Positions 10,914-23,734 of a stretch of DNA of 64,000 bases are shown in pieces. Source of the stretch: Thiomonas sp. (lineage in GTDB: Bacteria > Pseudomonadota > Gammaproteobacteria > Burkholderiales > Burkholderiaceae_C); the NCBI GenBank assembly GCA_027311065.1, contig DAICZP010000091.1, positions 155 to 64,154 of the forward strand, given 5' to 3'. A program made the translations under genes and the position numbers. How positions within the stretch are numbered: position 1 is the stretch's first letter; the number at the start of each line of letters is the position of its first letter. Below the pieces are notes generated by a model. The model was given only the letters and a program-made list of their open reading frames with translations, searched no databases and was not told where the DNA came from.

Positions 10914-11930
10914 ATGGATGAACGTGCTCGTGTCCTGCTCAAGACCCTGATCGAACGATATATCGCCGATGGGCTTCCTGTCGGCTCGCGCACGCTCTCG
11001 CGCGCCTCGGGCCTGGAGCTATCGGCGGCGACCATCCGCAATGTGATGGCCGACCTCGAGGACCTCGGCCTCATCGCCAGCCCGCACACGTCGGCCGGCC
11101 GCATCCCTACGCCACGCGGCTACCGCCTCTTCGTCGATACCATGCTGACCGCTCACCCCGACCAGGACGCGGGAGAAGTCACGCAAAGCCTGCGCAACCG
11201 TCTGGCCTCGATGGAACCCCAGGCCGTCATCCAGCAGGCCGCACAGCTGCTTTCCAATCTGTCCCAGTTTGTCGGCGTCATCATCGCGCCGCGTCGCAAT
11301 GCCGCGTTCCGGCACATCGAGTTTCTGCGTCTGTCGGAGCAGCGCACCCTGGTCATTCTGGTGGACGCCGCAGGTGACGTGCAAAACCGCATCATCGTCT
11401 CCAACCAGACCTACACGCAAAGTCAGCTCATCGAAGCCGCCAACTACCTCAATGCCAACTACAGCGGTCTGAGTTTCGAGCAAATGACTCTTCAATTGCG
11501 CGGTGAAGTCGAACATCTGCGCGGCGAGATCGCGGAGCTGATGCAGGCCGCCGTCTCCATGGGCAGCAGCGCTGCCGAGCAACCTGACCAAGTGGTCATT
11601 TCAGGCCAGCAGCAGCTGCTCAAGGTCGACGATCTTTCACAAAATCTGTCCGATCTGCGGCAACTTTTCGACCTGTTTGAGCAGAAATCCCACCTGCTCA
11701 AACTTCTGGACGTATCGGAACGCGCCGAAGGCGTGCGGATCTATATCGGCGGGGAAAACGACATCGTGCCCTCCGAGCAGGTTTCGGTCATCACCGCGCC
11801 CTACGAAGTCGATGGTGTGATCGTCGGCACGCTCGGGGTGATCGGCCCGACACGGATGCACTACGACCGCATGATCCGGATCGTCGACATCACCGCCAAG
11901 CTCGTCGGCAGCACCCTCAGTCAGCGTTGA
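10914..11930 (+). CDS. hrcA: Heat-inducible transcription repressor HrcA
   Basis: [35 protein letters not shown] and [10 protein letters not shown]. Divergent from nadK. Confidence 0.96.
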   Translation: MDERARVLLKTLIERYIADGLPVGSRTLSRASGLELSAATIRNVMADLEDLGLIASPHTSAGRIPTPRGYRLFVDTMLTAHPDQDAGEVTQSLRNRLASMEPQAVIQQAAQLLSNLSQFVGVIIAPRRNAAFRHIEFLRLSEQRTLVILVDAAGDVQNRIIVSNQTYTQSQLIEAANYLNANYSGLSFEQMTLQLRGEVEHLRGEIAELMQAAVSMGSSAAEQPDQVVISGQQQLLKVDDLSQNLSDLRQLFDLFEQKSHLLKLLDVSERAEGVRIYIGGENDIVPSEQVSVITAPYEVDGVIVGTLGVIGPTRMHYDRMIRIVDITAKLVGSTLSQR

Positions 11931-12471
11931 CACTGCACGCGCCGGGGTCGACGTCGGACTCGACACGGACCCGACCGCTGGCCGACAACACCACGCGCCG
12001 CCCTGCGCCGGGCGGCGCGCACAACACAAAGCTGCCCATCTGCAGCGCTCCGCCAGCCTGCCGAGGCCAGCCTTCCCCGGTGTACGACACCACCTCCCGC
12101 ACCGGCGCAGCGGCATGGACGTCGACACCACGCCACGGACCGCGCACCCGCAGCACACAGCGCCCTGATGCCGGCTGCCCGCCTCCACCAGCATCGTCGA
12201 ACACCATCCAGCCTTGCCCCCAGCGCCCACCACAACGCATGCCGTCGGCGCTCGCACAGACACTCACGCGCCGCCCCCGAAGCACGGCCTCGACGCGCGC
12301 GCGACGCAAATCCCAAGCCAGCATTGCGGCAGCCGACCGCACCCGCGCGGAACGCGCCGCGGCATCGAATCCGGCCAGTGCCGCCGCCGTCGTCATCGCC
12401 ACCAGCGCCAACACACACAGCACCTCGACCAGGGTGAGCCCCGCGCTTCGTACTCGCACCCGCAACACCAC
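11917..12471 (-). CDS. fimT: GspH/FimT family minor pilin (orphan)
   Basis: Prepilin cleavage motif G|LTLVE, a hydrophobic helix, ARVEAV...VSVC, and C-terminal SGRVR. Confidence 0.8.
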   Translation of the reverse strand: MVLRVRVRSAGLTLVEVLCVLALVAMTTAAALAGFDAAARSARVRSAAAMLAWDLRRARVEAVLRGRRVSVCASADGMRCGGRWGQGWMVFDDAGGGGQPASGRCVLRVRGPWRGVDVHAAAPVREVVSYTGEGWPRQAGGALQMGSFVLCAPPGAGRRVVLSASGRVRVESDVDPGACSVNAD

Positions 12472-12585
12472 ACCCCTCCGCCGCCATCACGCAATCATTC
12501 GATTGTGTGGGTCAACAGGGCACGCACACAAGCGAAGCCGCGATGGCCTCTAAAATGACGGGGTGGCCGGGGTTACCGGCGTAGC

Positions 12586-12662
12586 GGGCCGTTAGCTCAG
12601 ATGGTTAGAGCAGAGGACTCATAATCCTTTGGTCGTTGGTTCAAGTCCAACACGGCCTACCA
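12586..12662 (+). tRNA. tRNA with CAT anticodon, most likely tRNA-Ile2 (lysidine-modified)
   Basis: GGGCCGTTAGCTCAGATGGTTAGAGCAGAGGACTCATAATCCTTTGGTCGTTGGTTCAAGTCCAACACGGCCTACCA, with CCA encoded. It lacks initiator features and resembles ileX-type sequences from recall. A TAAAAT -10-like box lies at 12551-12556. Confidence 0.9.
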
Positions 12663-12719
12663 TTGAATTCAACAACTTAGAATTCTTTCTCATAAGCTGA
12701 AGATCTAGAAACAATGCAT

Positions 12720-12741
12720 TCGTTGCCGTTTCGTTGCCGTT
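12720..12741 (+). repeat. Perfect 11-bp tandem repeat (TCGTTGCCGTT x2), candidate integrase arm-binding sites
   Basis: Exact repeat 58 bp downstream of the tRNA end. An IHF-like ATTCAACAACTTA lies at 12667-12679. The functional role is inferred. Confidence 0.55.
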
Positions 12742-12771
12742 TCTCGCTGGCTTCCAGGGAACAACAGGAAG

Positions 12772-12799
12772 CAAAGCGGCCCCCGCAGGGGCCGCTTTG
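12772..12799. terminator. 12-bp GC-rich hairpin between the tRNA and the convergent xis-like gene
   Basis: CAAAGCGGCCCC-CGCA-GGGGCCGCTTTG is a perfect stem with only short T tracts. Confidence 0.55.
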
Positions 12800-12896
12800 G
12801 GGGGCGTGCAATGCTTGGGAAGATGCTTGTGCCGAGTGCGTGAAGCCACGCTTGTAGGCTTGCGATGGCCGCGCTTCCGTGGAAGCGCGTGCTTGC

Positions 12897-13106
12897 TCAA
12901 CGACGCGGAAGCGCCGGGATCCCCTCGTTGATGAGTTTCTGCACGTTGCTCATCCGGTAGCGGGTCGCGCGGCCCAGCTTGACGATCTCCAGTGCTCCGG
13001 CGCGCGACAGCCGCCAGACTGTCGTGCGGCCACAACCGCCCAGAAGTGCGCGCACCTCGCGCTCGTTGATCAGGCGGTCGATGGGTCCTTGCATTTGATC
13101 TGTCAT
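12897..13106 (-). CDS. AlpA/excisionase-like helix-turn-helix protein
   Basis: 69 aa with RLINEREVRALLGG-CGRTTVWRL...IVKLGRATRY, GGAG RBS upstream, adjacent to the tRNA junction. Confidence 0.8.
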   Translation of the reverse strand: MTDQMQGPIDRLINEREVRALLGGCGRTTVWRLSRAGALEIVKLGRATRYRMSNVQKLINEGIPALPRR

Positions 13107-13762
13107 GGTGACTCCATGTGGTTTTGGAGTCTTGCTCTAGGCAAGGGGTGACATTGGTCGTTCAGATCGCGTGCGGTGCCGCGGTTTGAAGGCGTGGCCC
13201 GACCGCCTCGTAGTAGTTCGGGTCAAATTTCTGCGCGAGCCCCTTCCAGCGATTGCGAGAACGGCCTCGCGGCACACGACCGACGTGCGTCTGACAAATG
13301 ATGTCCAAATCCCCGGGCCGCAATGAACCCGGTCAAATCAACGCGTCGCAATAATGAAATCAATCGACATGAATGAACGGTTCGCAATGAAGTAGATATG
13401 ACGTCCGCGCGCCGATCTGCCTCAAGGCGTGGACTCGACCCTCGCCACCGGACCTGGCCCAGTCGGGGACCGACATCAGCAGCGGGCGACGCCGGCTGCA
13501 AAATGTGAACGAATCGTGCGTACCCGCCAATCTCTTTAAGCCCCCGAGGGTTCCGTGGAGCCCGATTGGCTGGAGCCGGCTCGGGCGGCCAAGCGAGCAG
13601 TTGATCTCTGCGACCGCTGCGTGTGGCATTGGTGTCACCACCACCGGGTGTGCACAGCGCCGCCCGTGGCCACCGTACCGACACAGGCCAAACGTCTGGA
13701 GTTCGGCCAAACCGGGCACTGGGCGCTGCCTGTGGCTGCGACGGCAATGGCGTGACGAACGG

Positions 13763-15310
13763 TCACCCCTCCTCGCCGAAAACCACGAAACGACCCTTTC
13801 CGCGGCGCTTGGCTTCATACATTGCGCGGTCGGCGCAATCGATGGCCCTGTCGAGGTCGAAGTCGGTCGGAATGCAGATGCCCACGCTGCACCCAAGGCC
13901 CATGCCGAGGGATGAAATCTGCTCGATGACACGCTCGGCGACGTTGCGGGCCGTGGGCCCAATCATGCTCGGCGGTGCGGCCAGGCACACGAGAAACTCA
14001 TCCCCACCGATCCTGCCGACAACGTCCTGGTCACGGGTCTGCTCTTTCAGGATCTGCGCGACCTGGATCAGGATCTGGTCTCCCCGCCCATGCCCCAGGC
14101 TGTCGTTCACAGCCTTGAATCCATCGAGATCGATGTAGAGCAACGCGAGTTGGGAATCAGCCGTGGTGCCGGTCGCGGACGACAGCGCCCGGGCAGCCTC
14201 CATGAACATCAATCGCCCGGGAAGTCCCGTCAATGCGTCTCGACGCGCGCGATGTAATTCGTCTTGTTGGCGGCGCGCCTGACTGTCTGCGGCCGACAAC
14301 GTCGCGGCCAGATCACGGAGTTCTGCGATGCTCAGCCCTTGCGCTGGCGCTACATCCCCTTTGCGCATGGCGATCGCCATCCTTGTGATCTGAGTCACCT
14401 GACGAATGATCCGGAGCGAAATCCACCTGGATGCAATGGCCCCGATGACCAAGGACACGATGCCCGCGAGCAGAATCGTGGCCAGGGACCGTCGAAGTGG
14501 ACCCCTGAACTCGGATGTCGGCACGCCGATCATGACGCTCCAGCCCCAGCCCGGGACCGGCTCGAGGTTTGCCGTCGCGGCGGTTCCCTCGCGCGTCACG
14601 CCTTCGAACACAGTGGCGGGCCGGACGTGAAGTCGCGACACGAGATAATTGGGCGCCAACGTGCCGACATAGCGATCTGAGTTGTGGGCCCGGGCCACGA
14701 TCAGGCCACGCTGGTCGAGAATCGCTGCATTCCATTCATTGGGCAGCCGTTGATCCGCGAGCAGATTGCTCAGGCTGGAAGCCAGCAACACCATGCGCAA
14801 GCAGTAGACAACCTTGCCATCTCGAATGATCGGAACACTGACCGCGACCACGATCTGGTTGCTGATCGGGGATTTGAACGGACCTGAGACAGACGGGCGT
14901 GCGGTCAGAAATACCTGTTTGATCGATGCTGAATCGCCGCTTTGCAGCCCCGCGGTACCAAGCGGGCGCAGCGTCAAGAACAAGATTCTTCCATCGGGCG
15001 CGATCAGGGTGATGGCGCGCCCGGCGTGGAAAGTCGATAGCACGCGCAACGCCCCCTGATACAGCGCTGGGATGTCGTCGTGCTGGGCGGCATCGGACGT
15101 CGCAAGCCCGGCGAGCCGGCCTTCGGCAGCGCTCAACAGAACCTGTACGTCAGTGCTCAACGCCTCCGTGCGCTGAACCAGTTCCCGGGTCAGCGCCTGC
15201 TGGCTGACATCGGCAAGCTGCGCGACGGCGTAGACAGAAAACAGCAGGATCGGCAGCAAGGTCGCGATGCTCACTGCGGTCAGCCATTTCGACAGTGCGC
15301 GTTGCGTCAT
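13763..15310 (-). CDS. Membrane-bound diguanylate cyclase (Cache-like sensor + GGDEF)
   Basis: Two TM segments flank a Cache-like periplasmic domain. RDALTGLPGR, LYIDLDGFKAVNDSLGH, an RDQD I-site and RIGGDEF are present. Confidence 0.92.
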   Translation of the reverse strand: MTQRALSKWLTAVSIATLLPILLFSVYAVAQLADVSQQALTRELVQRTEALSTDVQVLLSAAEGRLAGLATSDAAQHDDIPALYQGALRVLSTFHAGRAITLIAPDGRILFLTLRPLGTAGLQSGDSASIKQVFLTARPSVSGPFKSPISNQIVVAVSVPIIRDGKVVYCLRMVLLASSLSNLLADQRLPNEWNAAILDQRGLIVARAHNSDRYVGTLAPNYLVSRLHVRPATVFEGVTREGTAATANLEPVPGWGWSVMIGVPTSEFRGPLRRSLATILLAGIVSLVIGAIASRWISLRIIRQVTQITRMAIAMRKGDVAPAQGLSIAELRDLAATLSAADSQARRQQDELHRARRDALTGLPGRLMFMEAARALSSATGTTADSQLALLYIDLDGFKAVNDSLGHGRGDQILIQVAQILKEQTRDQDVVGRIGGDEFLVCLAAPPSMIGPTARNVAERVIEQISSLGMGLGCSVGICIPTDFDLDRAIDCADRAMYEAKRRGKGRFVVFGEEG

Positions 15311-15712
15311 CGCGTTGTGCCGATCCAGTCGAGTGTTTTGGTTGTTGGCACCGATCTATTTTTGGCTCAGGAGGAAAGGCTATTGCCGCCTGCTGCCCGC
15401 CAGTTGTACACCAGTGTACTGTTGCGCCTACTCATCGACCTGCCACACCGCGTCGTCTCCATCATTACTGAAACCGTCCCTGGTTCAGCGGAGTTCGGTT
15501 GGTTTAATTCATGCCGGGATGGCGGCCTGACTGGCAAGGGTGCTGACGATCGCACTGACCGCTGCCTGCAGCATTGCTGTCGCCACCACGAGCAGTGTCA
15601 AGTGCCCGCTTCGGCCGAGGATCAGTCATTCGGCCGGGGCGCCGATCGACACGGCCGTGGCTCGCGTGGGATTTGGCCTGTGGCGACAAGCGCCAGTGGC
15701 TGGATCGTTTGC

Positions 15713-16642
15713 TCAAGGCATCGCCGTCGTGGCGGATCGACCCAGCTCAACGCCCAAGAAAGCCACGAAGGCGCGGATCCTTGCTGAAAGTTGGTGTCGC
15801 TGCGCAAACACCGCATAAATGTCGGCCGCGGGGGTCGCGAAGTCGGGGAGAACCTGCATCAGCCGTCCCTGTGCCAAGTAGTCCCGAATGTCCCATTCGG
15901 CTCTCATCAGGATGCCGTGACCGTCGAGCGCCCACTTGACGGCGATCTCGCCATCGTTGGTCGTCAGATTGCCATGAATGCGAACCGCCTGCGCTTCTCG
16001 ACCGGAGCCGCGCCTGTTGGTCAAGCGCCAGACACCGTAGGCTTCATCGCCTTGGCGGATTCCGATGCAATTGTGTTGCGCGAGTTCTTGGGGGGTAGCG
16101 GGCATGCCATGGCGTTCGATATAGGCAGGGGCCGCGCACAGCAGGCGGCGGTTTGCGGCGAGCTTCCTCGCCACCACCCGGGCATCCGGGGGTTCCCCGA
16201 AGCGGATGCAGACGTCGTAGGTATCGTCGGTGATGGGCGGCGGAGCTACCGAGAGCTGGAGCTGGACCTCGATCTGGGGATGTAAGGCAACAAAGCGGGA
16301 TATGGCTGGCCCGATGTGACTTCGCCCGAAGCCCAGGGTCGCGTTGACCCGCAGCAGCCCCTGCGGCATGCTTTGTGAACGACCGAGCAGTTCGGCGAGG
16401 TCGTCGATCTGGTCGAGGATGCGCCGCGCATGCTCGACGTAGACCTCGCCTTCAGGCGTCAACGTCATGCGACGCGTGGTCCGGTTGATTAGGGCCACAC
16501 CGGCCCGCTGCTCCATCTGGGTCAGGCGCTTGCTAACCGCGGCGGTCGTGATCCCGAGTTCCCGTGCCGCAGCGCTCAGGCTCGCGGACGCGGCCAGGAC
16601 GGAGAAGAAGCCGAGGTCAGCCGCGAGAACGGAGGGGTTCAT
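15713..16642 (-). CDS. LysR-family regulator (DmlR/TtuA-like)
   Basis: N-terminal HTH (SLSAAARELG...VSKRL) and TNDGEIAVKWALDGHGI. Divergent from the tartrate dehydrogenase gene. Confidence 0.92.
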   Translation of the reverse strand: MNPSVLAADLGFFSVLAASASLSAAARELGITTAAVSKRLTQMEQRAGVALINRTTRRMTLTPEGEVYVEHARRILDQIDDLAELLGRSQSMPQGLLRVNATLGFGRSHIGPAISRFVALHPQIEVQLQLSVAPPPITDDTYDVCIRFGEPPDARVVARKLAANRRLLCAAPAYIERHGMPATPQELAQHNCIGIRQGDEAYGVWRLTNRRGSGREAQAVRIHGNLTTNDGEIAVKWALDGHGILMRAEWDIRDYLAQGRLMQVLPDFATPAADIYAVFAQRHQLSARIRAFVAFLGVELGRSATTAMP

Positions 16643-16749
16643 GAGTATTGTTGAAACACAGTTGAAGATGGCTTAATTTTACGGTCGTTCATTGATCCAT
16701 GGTTTGGCTAAAGTGCGCTCACGTTCATCCACGCACAGTAAGGCCAGAC

Positions 16750-17835
16750 ATGAAGACCTATCGAATCGCGACCATTCCCGGCGATGGGATCGGAAAGGAA
16801 GTTGTTCCCGCCGGTGAGGAAGTACTCGATGCGCTCGCCCGGACGAGCAAGTCCTTCACGTTCGAATTCCGCCGCTTCGATTGGAGCGCGGACTACTACC
16901 GCATCCACGGCGTCATGATGCCCGCTGATGGCCTGGACCAGATCCGCGAAAGCGATGCCATCCTGTTCGGCTCGGCCGGCGACCCCGACGTCCCGGATCA
17001 CATCACCTTGTGGGGACTGCGGCTGAAGATCTGCCAGGGCTTCGACCAGTACGCCAACGTCCGCCCGACCCGGATCCTTCCGGGGATCGATGCCCCGCTC
17101 AAGCGCTGCCGGGCCGAGGACCTGGACTGGGTGATCGTGCGCGAGAACTCCGAGGGGGAATACTCGGGTGTCGGTGGCCGGGTCCACCAGGGGCACCCTA
17201 TCGAAGCGGCGACAGACGTTTCCATCCTCACCCGCGCAGGAGTCGAGCGAATCATGCGTTTCGCCTTCCGCCACGCCCAGTCGCGGCCTCGCAAGCTGTT
17301 GACCGTGATCACCAAGAGCAACGCCCAGCGGCACGCAATGGTGATGTGGGACGAGATTGCCCAGCAGGTGTCGCTCGAGTTCCCCGACGTGCGCTGGGAC
17401 AAGGAACTGGTCGACGCGGCCACGGCGCGCATGGTCAACAGGCCTGCGTCGCTGGACACCATCGTCGCGACCAATCTGCACGCCGACATTCTCAGCGACC
17501 TGGCCGCCGCCTTGGCCGGCAGCCTGGGCATCGCGCCGACCGGGAACATCGATCCCGAGCGTCGTTACCCGTCGATGTTCGAGCCCATCCATGGCTCGGC
17601 CTTCGACATCATGGGCCGTGGCCTGGCGAATCCGGTCGGGACCTTTTGGTCCGTGGTGATGATGCTCGAGCATCTGGGCGAAGCGCAGGCCGCGCAGCAA
17701 CTCATGCGCGCGATCGAGGCGGTGACCGCAGACCCGCGCCTGCACACCGGGGACCTCGGCGGGCGGGCAACCACGGCCGAAGTCACGGCGGCTGTGTGTC
17801 GCCTGATCGAGGCCAAGGCGCGCGTACCAGCCTAA
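16750..17835 (+). CDS. ttuC: Tartrate dehydrogenase / D-malate dehydrogenase (decarboxylating)
   Basis: IPGDGIG, PDHITLWGL, FDQYANVRP, TKSNAQ and FEPIHGSAFDI, an isocitrate/isopropylmalate dehydrogenase family signature. Start MKTYRIA at 16750. Confidence 0.9.
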   Translation: MKTYRIATIPGDGIGKEVVPAGEEVLDALARTSKSFTFEFRRFDWSADYYRIHGVMMPADGLDQIRESDAILFGSAGDPDVPDHITLWGLRLKICQGFDQYANVRPTRILPGIDAPLKRCRAEDLDWVIVRENSEGEYSGVGGRVHQGHPIEAATDVSILTRAGVERIMRFAFRHAQSRPRKLLTVITKSNAQRHAMVMWDEIAQQVSLEFPDVRWDKELVDAATARMVNRPASLDTIVATNLHADILSDLAAALAGSLGIAPTGNIDPERRYPSMFEPIHGSAFDIMGRGLANPVGTFWSVVMMLEHLGEAQAAQQLMRAIEAVTADPRLHTGDLGGRATTAEVTAAVCRLIEAKARVPA

Positions 17836-17963
17836 GTCGCTTCCCCGCCGCCGCCACGCCGTCCGGTTTTCCTGCCCCGCAGCCTAACGCGGCGGGGCGG
17901 GGGCGAGTACGCCCCGCGCAGGCTCGACGGCAACGCAACGACCCACACGACCTGGACCATGTC

Positions 17964-19276
17964 ATGATCGCCCGCGAAGCCGATACGCTCACCAATCGCC
18001 GATTCGACGGCCTTCTGCGGGCCATGTTCGATGCCGCGATCGCCGCCTCGCAGCCCTCGATCCGGATCCCGGCCTTTCTTCCCGATCCGCCCCGAGGCCG
18101 CACGGTGGTCATCGGCGCCGGGAAGGCGTCGGCGGCGATGGCGCGGGCCCTGGAGGAGCACTGGGACCACCCCCTGAGTGGGCTGGTGGTCACGCGCTAC
18201 GGCTACGGTGTGCCATGCCAGCGCATCGATATTGTCGAGGCGGCCCACCCGGTGCCGGACCTCAACGGCTTGCGAGCTGCGCAGCGCATGCTCGACATGG
18301 TGGCCGGCCGCGGGCCCGACGACCTGGGCAGCAGCCTGATCTCGGGCGGCGGGTCGTCGCTGCTGCCACTGCCGGCGCCGGGGTTGACACTGGAGGTGAA
18401 ACAGGAGATCAACCGCGCCCTGCTCGCCAGCGGCGCGACCATCGCCGAAATGAACTGCGTGCGCCGGCATTTGTCGGCTATCAAGGGCGGCCGGCTGGCC
18501 GCCGCCGCCTACCCGGCGCGGGTGCTCAACCTGGTGATCTCCGACGTCCCGACCGACACTCTGAGCGACATTGCGTCAGGGCCGACGATTGCCGATGCGA
18601 CGAGCTGCGCCGACGCACTGGCCGTCCTCGAGCGCTACGGAATCGACACGCCCGCCGCCGTGCGCGCTCTGCTCGCGGGTGGTGCCGGCGAGTCGGTCAA
18701 GCCCGGGGATGCACGGCTGGCCGGGGTCGAGACCCGGCTCATCGCGACCCCTCAGATGGCCCTGGAAGCCGCCGCCTCATGCGCCCGGGCCGCAGGCTAC
18801 GACGCGCACATTCTGGGCGACTCGATCGAGGGCGAGGCGCGCGACGTCGGCATCGTGATGGCCGGCATCGCGCGCCAGGTCGGACGCCGCGGGCAACCTT
18901 TTGCCGCGCCCTGTGTCCTGCTCTCTGGCGGGGAAACGACGGTCACGGTTCGAGGCGATGGGCGCGGCGGGCGCAATGTCGAATTCCTGCTCGCGCTGGG
19001 GCTGGCCCTGAACGGAGAACCCGGGGTGTACGCCATCGCGGGGGACACCGACGGCGTCGACGGACAGGAGGACATCGCGGGCGCGGTGTTGCGCCCCGAC
19101 TCGCTGGAACGTGGACGCCAGCTCGGGATGTGGGCGGCGCAGAGCCTGCTCGACAACGATGGCCATGGCTACTTCTCGGCGCTCGGCGATTCGGTCGTCA
19201 CCGGCCCAACCATGACCAATGTGAATGACTTTCGCGCCATCCTGGTTGCGCCACCCACTCGATCCAACAGTCACCC

Positions 19277-19280
<4 letters not shown>
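17964..19280 (+). CDS. ttuD: Glycerate 2-kinase / hydroxypyruvate reductase (TtuD/GckA, MOFRL family)
   Basis: GAGKASAAMA, AAHPVPD, ISGGGSSL, IKGGRLA, SGGETTV, GGRNVEF, DTDGVDG and GPTMTNVNDFR. This is the C-terminal part of the 756-aa track ORF. Confidence 0.9.
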
Positions 19281-21966
<2,686 letters not shown>

Positions 21967-22029
21967 GGTCGTACAGGCCACAGCATCGATACCCAATCCG
22001 GGCCATGCCCGTTTCAAAGGAGGAGACCA

Positions 22030-23325
22030 ATGAACAACGAACTCGAAACACGAGTCAGCAGCAAGTTGATGTGGCGGATCATTCCATTCGTCATGCTGCT
22101 GTACTTCATCAGCTTCTTGGACCGTGTCAACGCCGGCTTCGCCGCGTTTAGCATGAACAAGGCTCTGGGGATCTCATCGGCCGCTTTCGGCTTCGGTGGC
22201 GGGTTGTTTTTCGTCGCCTATTTTCTTTTTGAAGTTCCGTCCAACCTGATCCTGCATCGCGTCGGGGCGCGGATCTGGATCGCGCGGGTCATGATCACCT
22301 GGGGCCTGGTCTCCGCGGCAACCGCCTTCGTCGTCGGGCCCAAGAGCTTCTACCTCGCGCGCTTCGCCCTCGGAGCTGCCGAGGCGGGCTTCTTCCCAGG
22401 CATCATCTTCTATCTGAACAACTGGTTCCCCGGGCGCCAACGCGCTGCTGCGGCGGCCTGGTTCATGGCCGCGGTGCCGATCTCTACAGTGCTCGGGTCG
22501 CCGATCTCGGGTGCCATCATGCAGATGCACTCGGCCCTTGGGCTGGCGAATTGGCAACTGTTGTACGTGCTCGAGGCGCTGCCCGCCATCGTCCTCGGCT
22601 ATTTCGTGCTGAAGCTGCTGATCAATTCCCCGGCAGACGCGACATGGCTCGCGCAGGATGAGAAGGCTTGGTTGCAGGAAAAGCTCAAGTCCGAGGCCAC
22701 TGCGCGCAGCCATGTGCAAGGCCATGCCGAAAGCGCCTTGAGCGCTTTGCGCGACCCACGCGTGCTGGTTCTGGCACTGATCTACTTCGGAACGTCAGCC
22801 GGCCTCTACACCCTCGGGCTGTGGGCGCCGCTGATCATCAAACAGTTTGGATTCAGCGCCTTCCAGGTCGGCCTGATCAACGGCATTCCCAGCGTTGCCG
22901 CGCTGATCGCCATGGTGGCCTGGGCAAGGCATTCGGACCACACTGGCGAGCGCATCTGGCACGTCGTCCTGCCGTGTGCCCTGGCGGCACTCGGGCTTGT
23001 GTTCGCCGGACTCGCGTCCAGTGCCATCGGTGTCGTCCTGGCCCTGATCGTAGTCAACGTCGGCGTCAGCGCCGGGAAGGCACCGCTCTGGGCGATGCCG
23101 AGCATGTTCTTGTCCGGCGAGGGCGCTGCGGCCGGCATCGCGGCGATCAATTCGATCGGCAATCTCGGCGGCTTCGTCGGCCCCTTCGCCATCGGGTGGC
23201 TGAAATCGACGACCGGTGGGTACTCTGCTGGGTTGTATGTCGTCGGCGTGACGCTCCTGGCATCCGCGCTCTTGACCCTGATCTTCCGCAAGTCCGTCAC
23301 GGTCAAGCCCGCCTTGGCACGGTAG
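22030..23325 (+). CDS. MFS transporter, anion:cation symporter family (TtuB-like tartrate permease)
   Basis: FLDRVN, FEVPSN, GARIWIARVMITWG, GAAEAGFFPG and NSIGNLGGF. GGAGGAG RBS. Last gene of the ttu cluster. Confidence 0.88.
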   Translation: MNNELETRVSSKLMWRIIPFVMLLYFISFLDRVNAGFAAFSMNKALGISSAAFGFGGGLFFVAYFLFEVPSNLILHRVGARIWIARVMITWGLVSAATAFVVGPKSFYLARFALGAAEAGFFPGIIFYLNNWFPGRQRAAAAAWFMAAVPISTVLGSPISGAIMQMHSALGLANWQLLYVLEALPAIVLGYFVLKLLINSPADATWLAQDEKAWLQEKLKSEATARSHVQGHAESALSALRDPRVLVLALIYFGTSAGLYTLGLWAPLIIKQFGFSAFQVGLINGIPSVAALIAMVAWARHSDHTGERIWHVVLPCALAALGLVFAGLASSAIGVVLALIVVNVGVSAGKAPLWAMPSMFLSGEGAAAGIAAINSIGNLGGFVGPFAIGWLKSTTGGYSAGLYVVGVTLLASALLTLIFRKSVTVKPALAR

Positions 23326-23734
23326 TTGGTAGCGCGGCCGGCCTAGCGGGTGCGCGTCGAGCGGGCCGGCGCATTGCCCGCAAGCACCCGCGGGTCGGTC
23401 AAATTCGTAAGCAACCCTAGAACACGCGACGACCCTGCGCGGTCGCGATGCCGGTTTACCGGCCCTGGACGTACTGCCTTGCGCTCGGCACAGCAGTCGC
23501 GTACAGGATCGGCCAAGGATCACCTTCGCCGTCTTGGCGCGGGCTGGCCTTGTGCGTACTTTCAGGGCTCAGCGCTCGCTCGAATGTCCGCGTGTTCACG
23601 TCGTCGACCGGCTGCATGCGGCACTTGGCCGCCGCTCAGCGTCGCGTGTGCCCAGTTGTTGGTATCCGCGTGGATACCGTCATCTCACGGGGGTTGCAAA
23701 CGGCGTCGCGACTGAGAACCGGAGGCGATAGCGA

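Noticed and set aside
12586-12662. Calling the CAT-anticodon tRNA a tRNA-Met
   Set aside because: It lacks the initiator C1-A72 mismatch and the three G-C anticodon-stem pairs, and it resembles ileX-type sequences more than elongator Met. A covariance-model run would settle it.
13162-13332. Minus-strand open frame ending ..RNRWKGLAQKFDPNYYEAVGPRLQTAAPHAI*, upstream of the xis-like gene
   Set aside because: It may be the tail of a deleted backbone gene, but there is no good start and no recognisable family.
13555-13755. 66-aa Cys/His-rich ORF (CDRCVWHWCHHHRVC)
   Set aside because: No RBS, and it overlaps the degenerate repeat region. Likely a chance ORF.
17010-17963. 756-aa track ORF suggesting a large fusion protein
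   Set aside because: The N-terminal 318 codons are an off-frame shadow of ttuC and the GC-rich spacer. Only the part from 17964 has TtuD motifs.
23411-23430. AAATTCGTAAGCAACCCTAG, a possible orphan IS end next to CTAG
   Set aside because: No partner repeat or transposase fragment was found, so it cannot be assigned.
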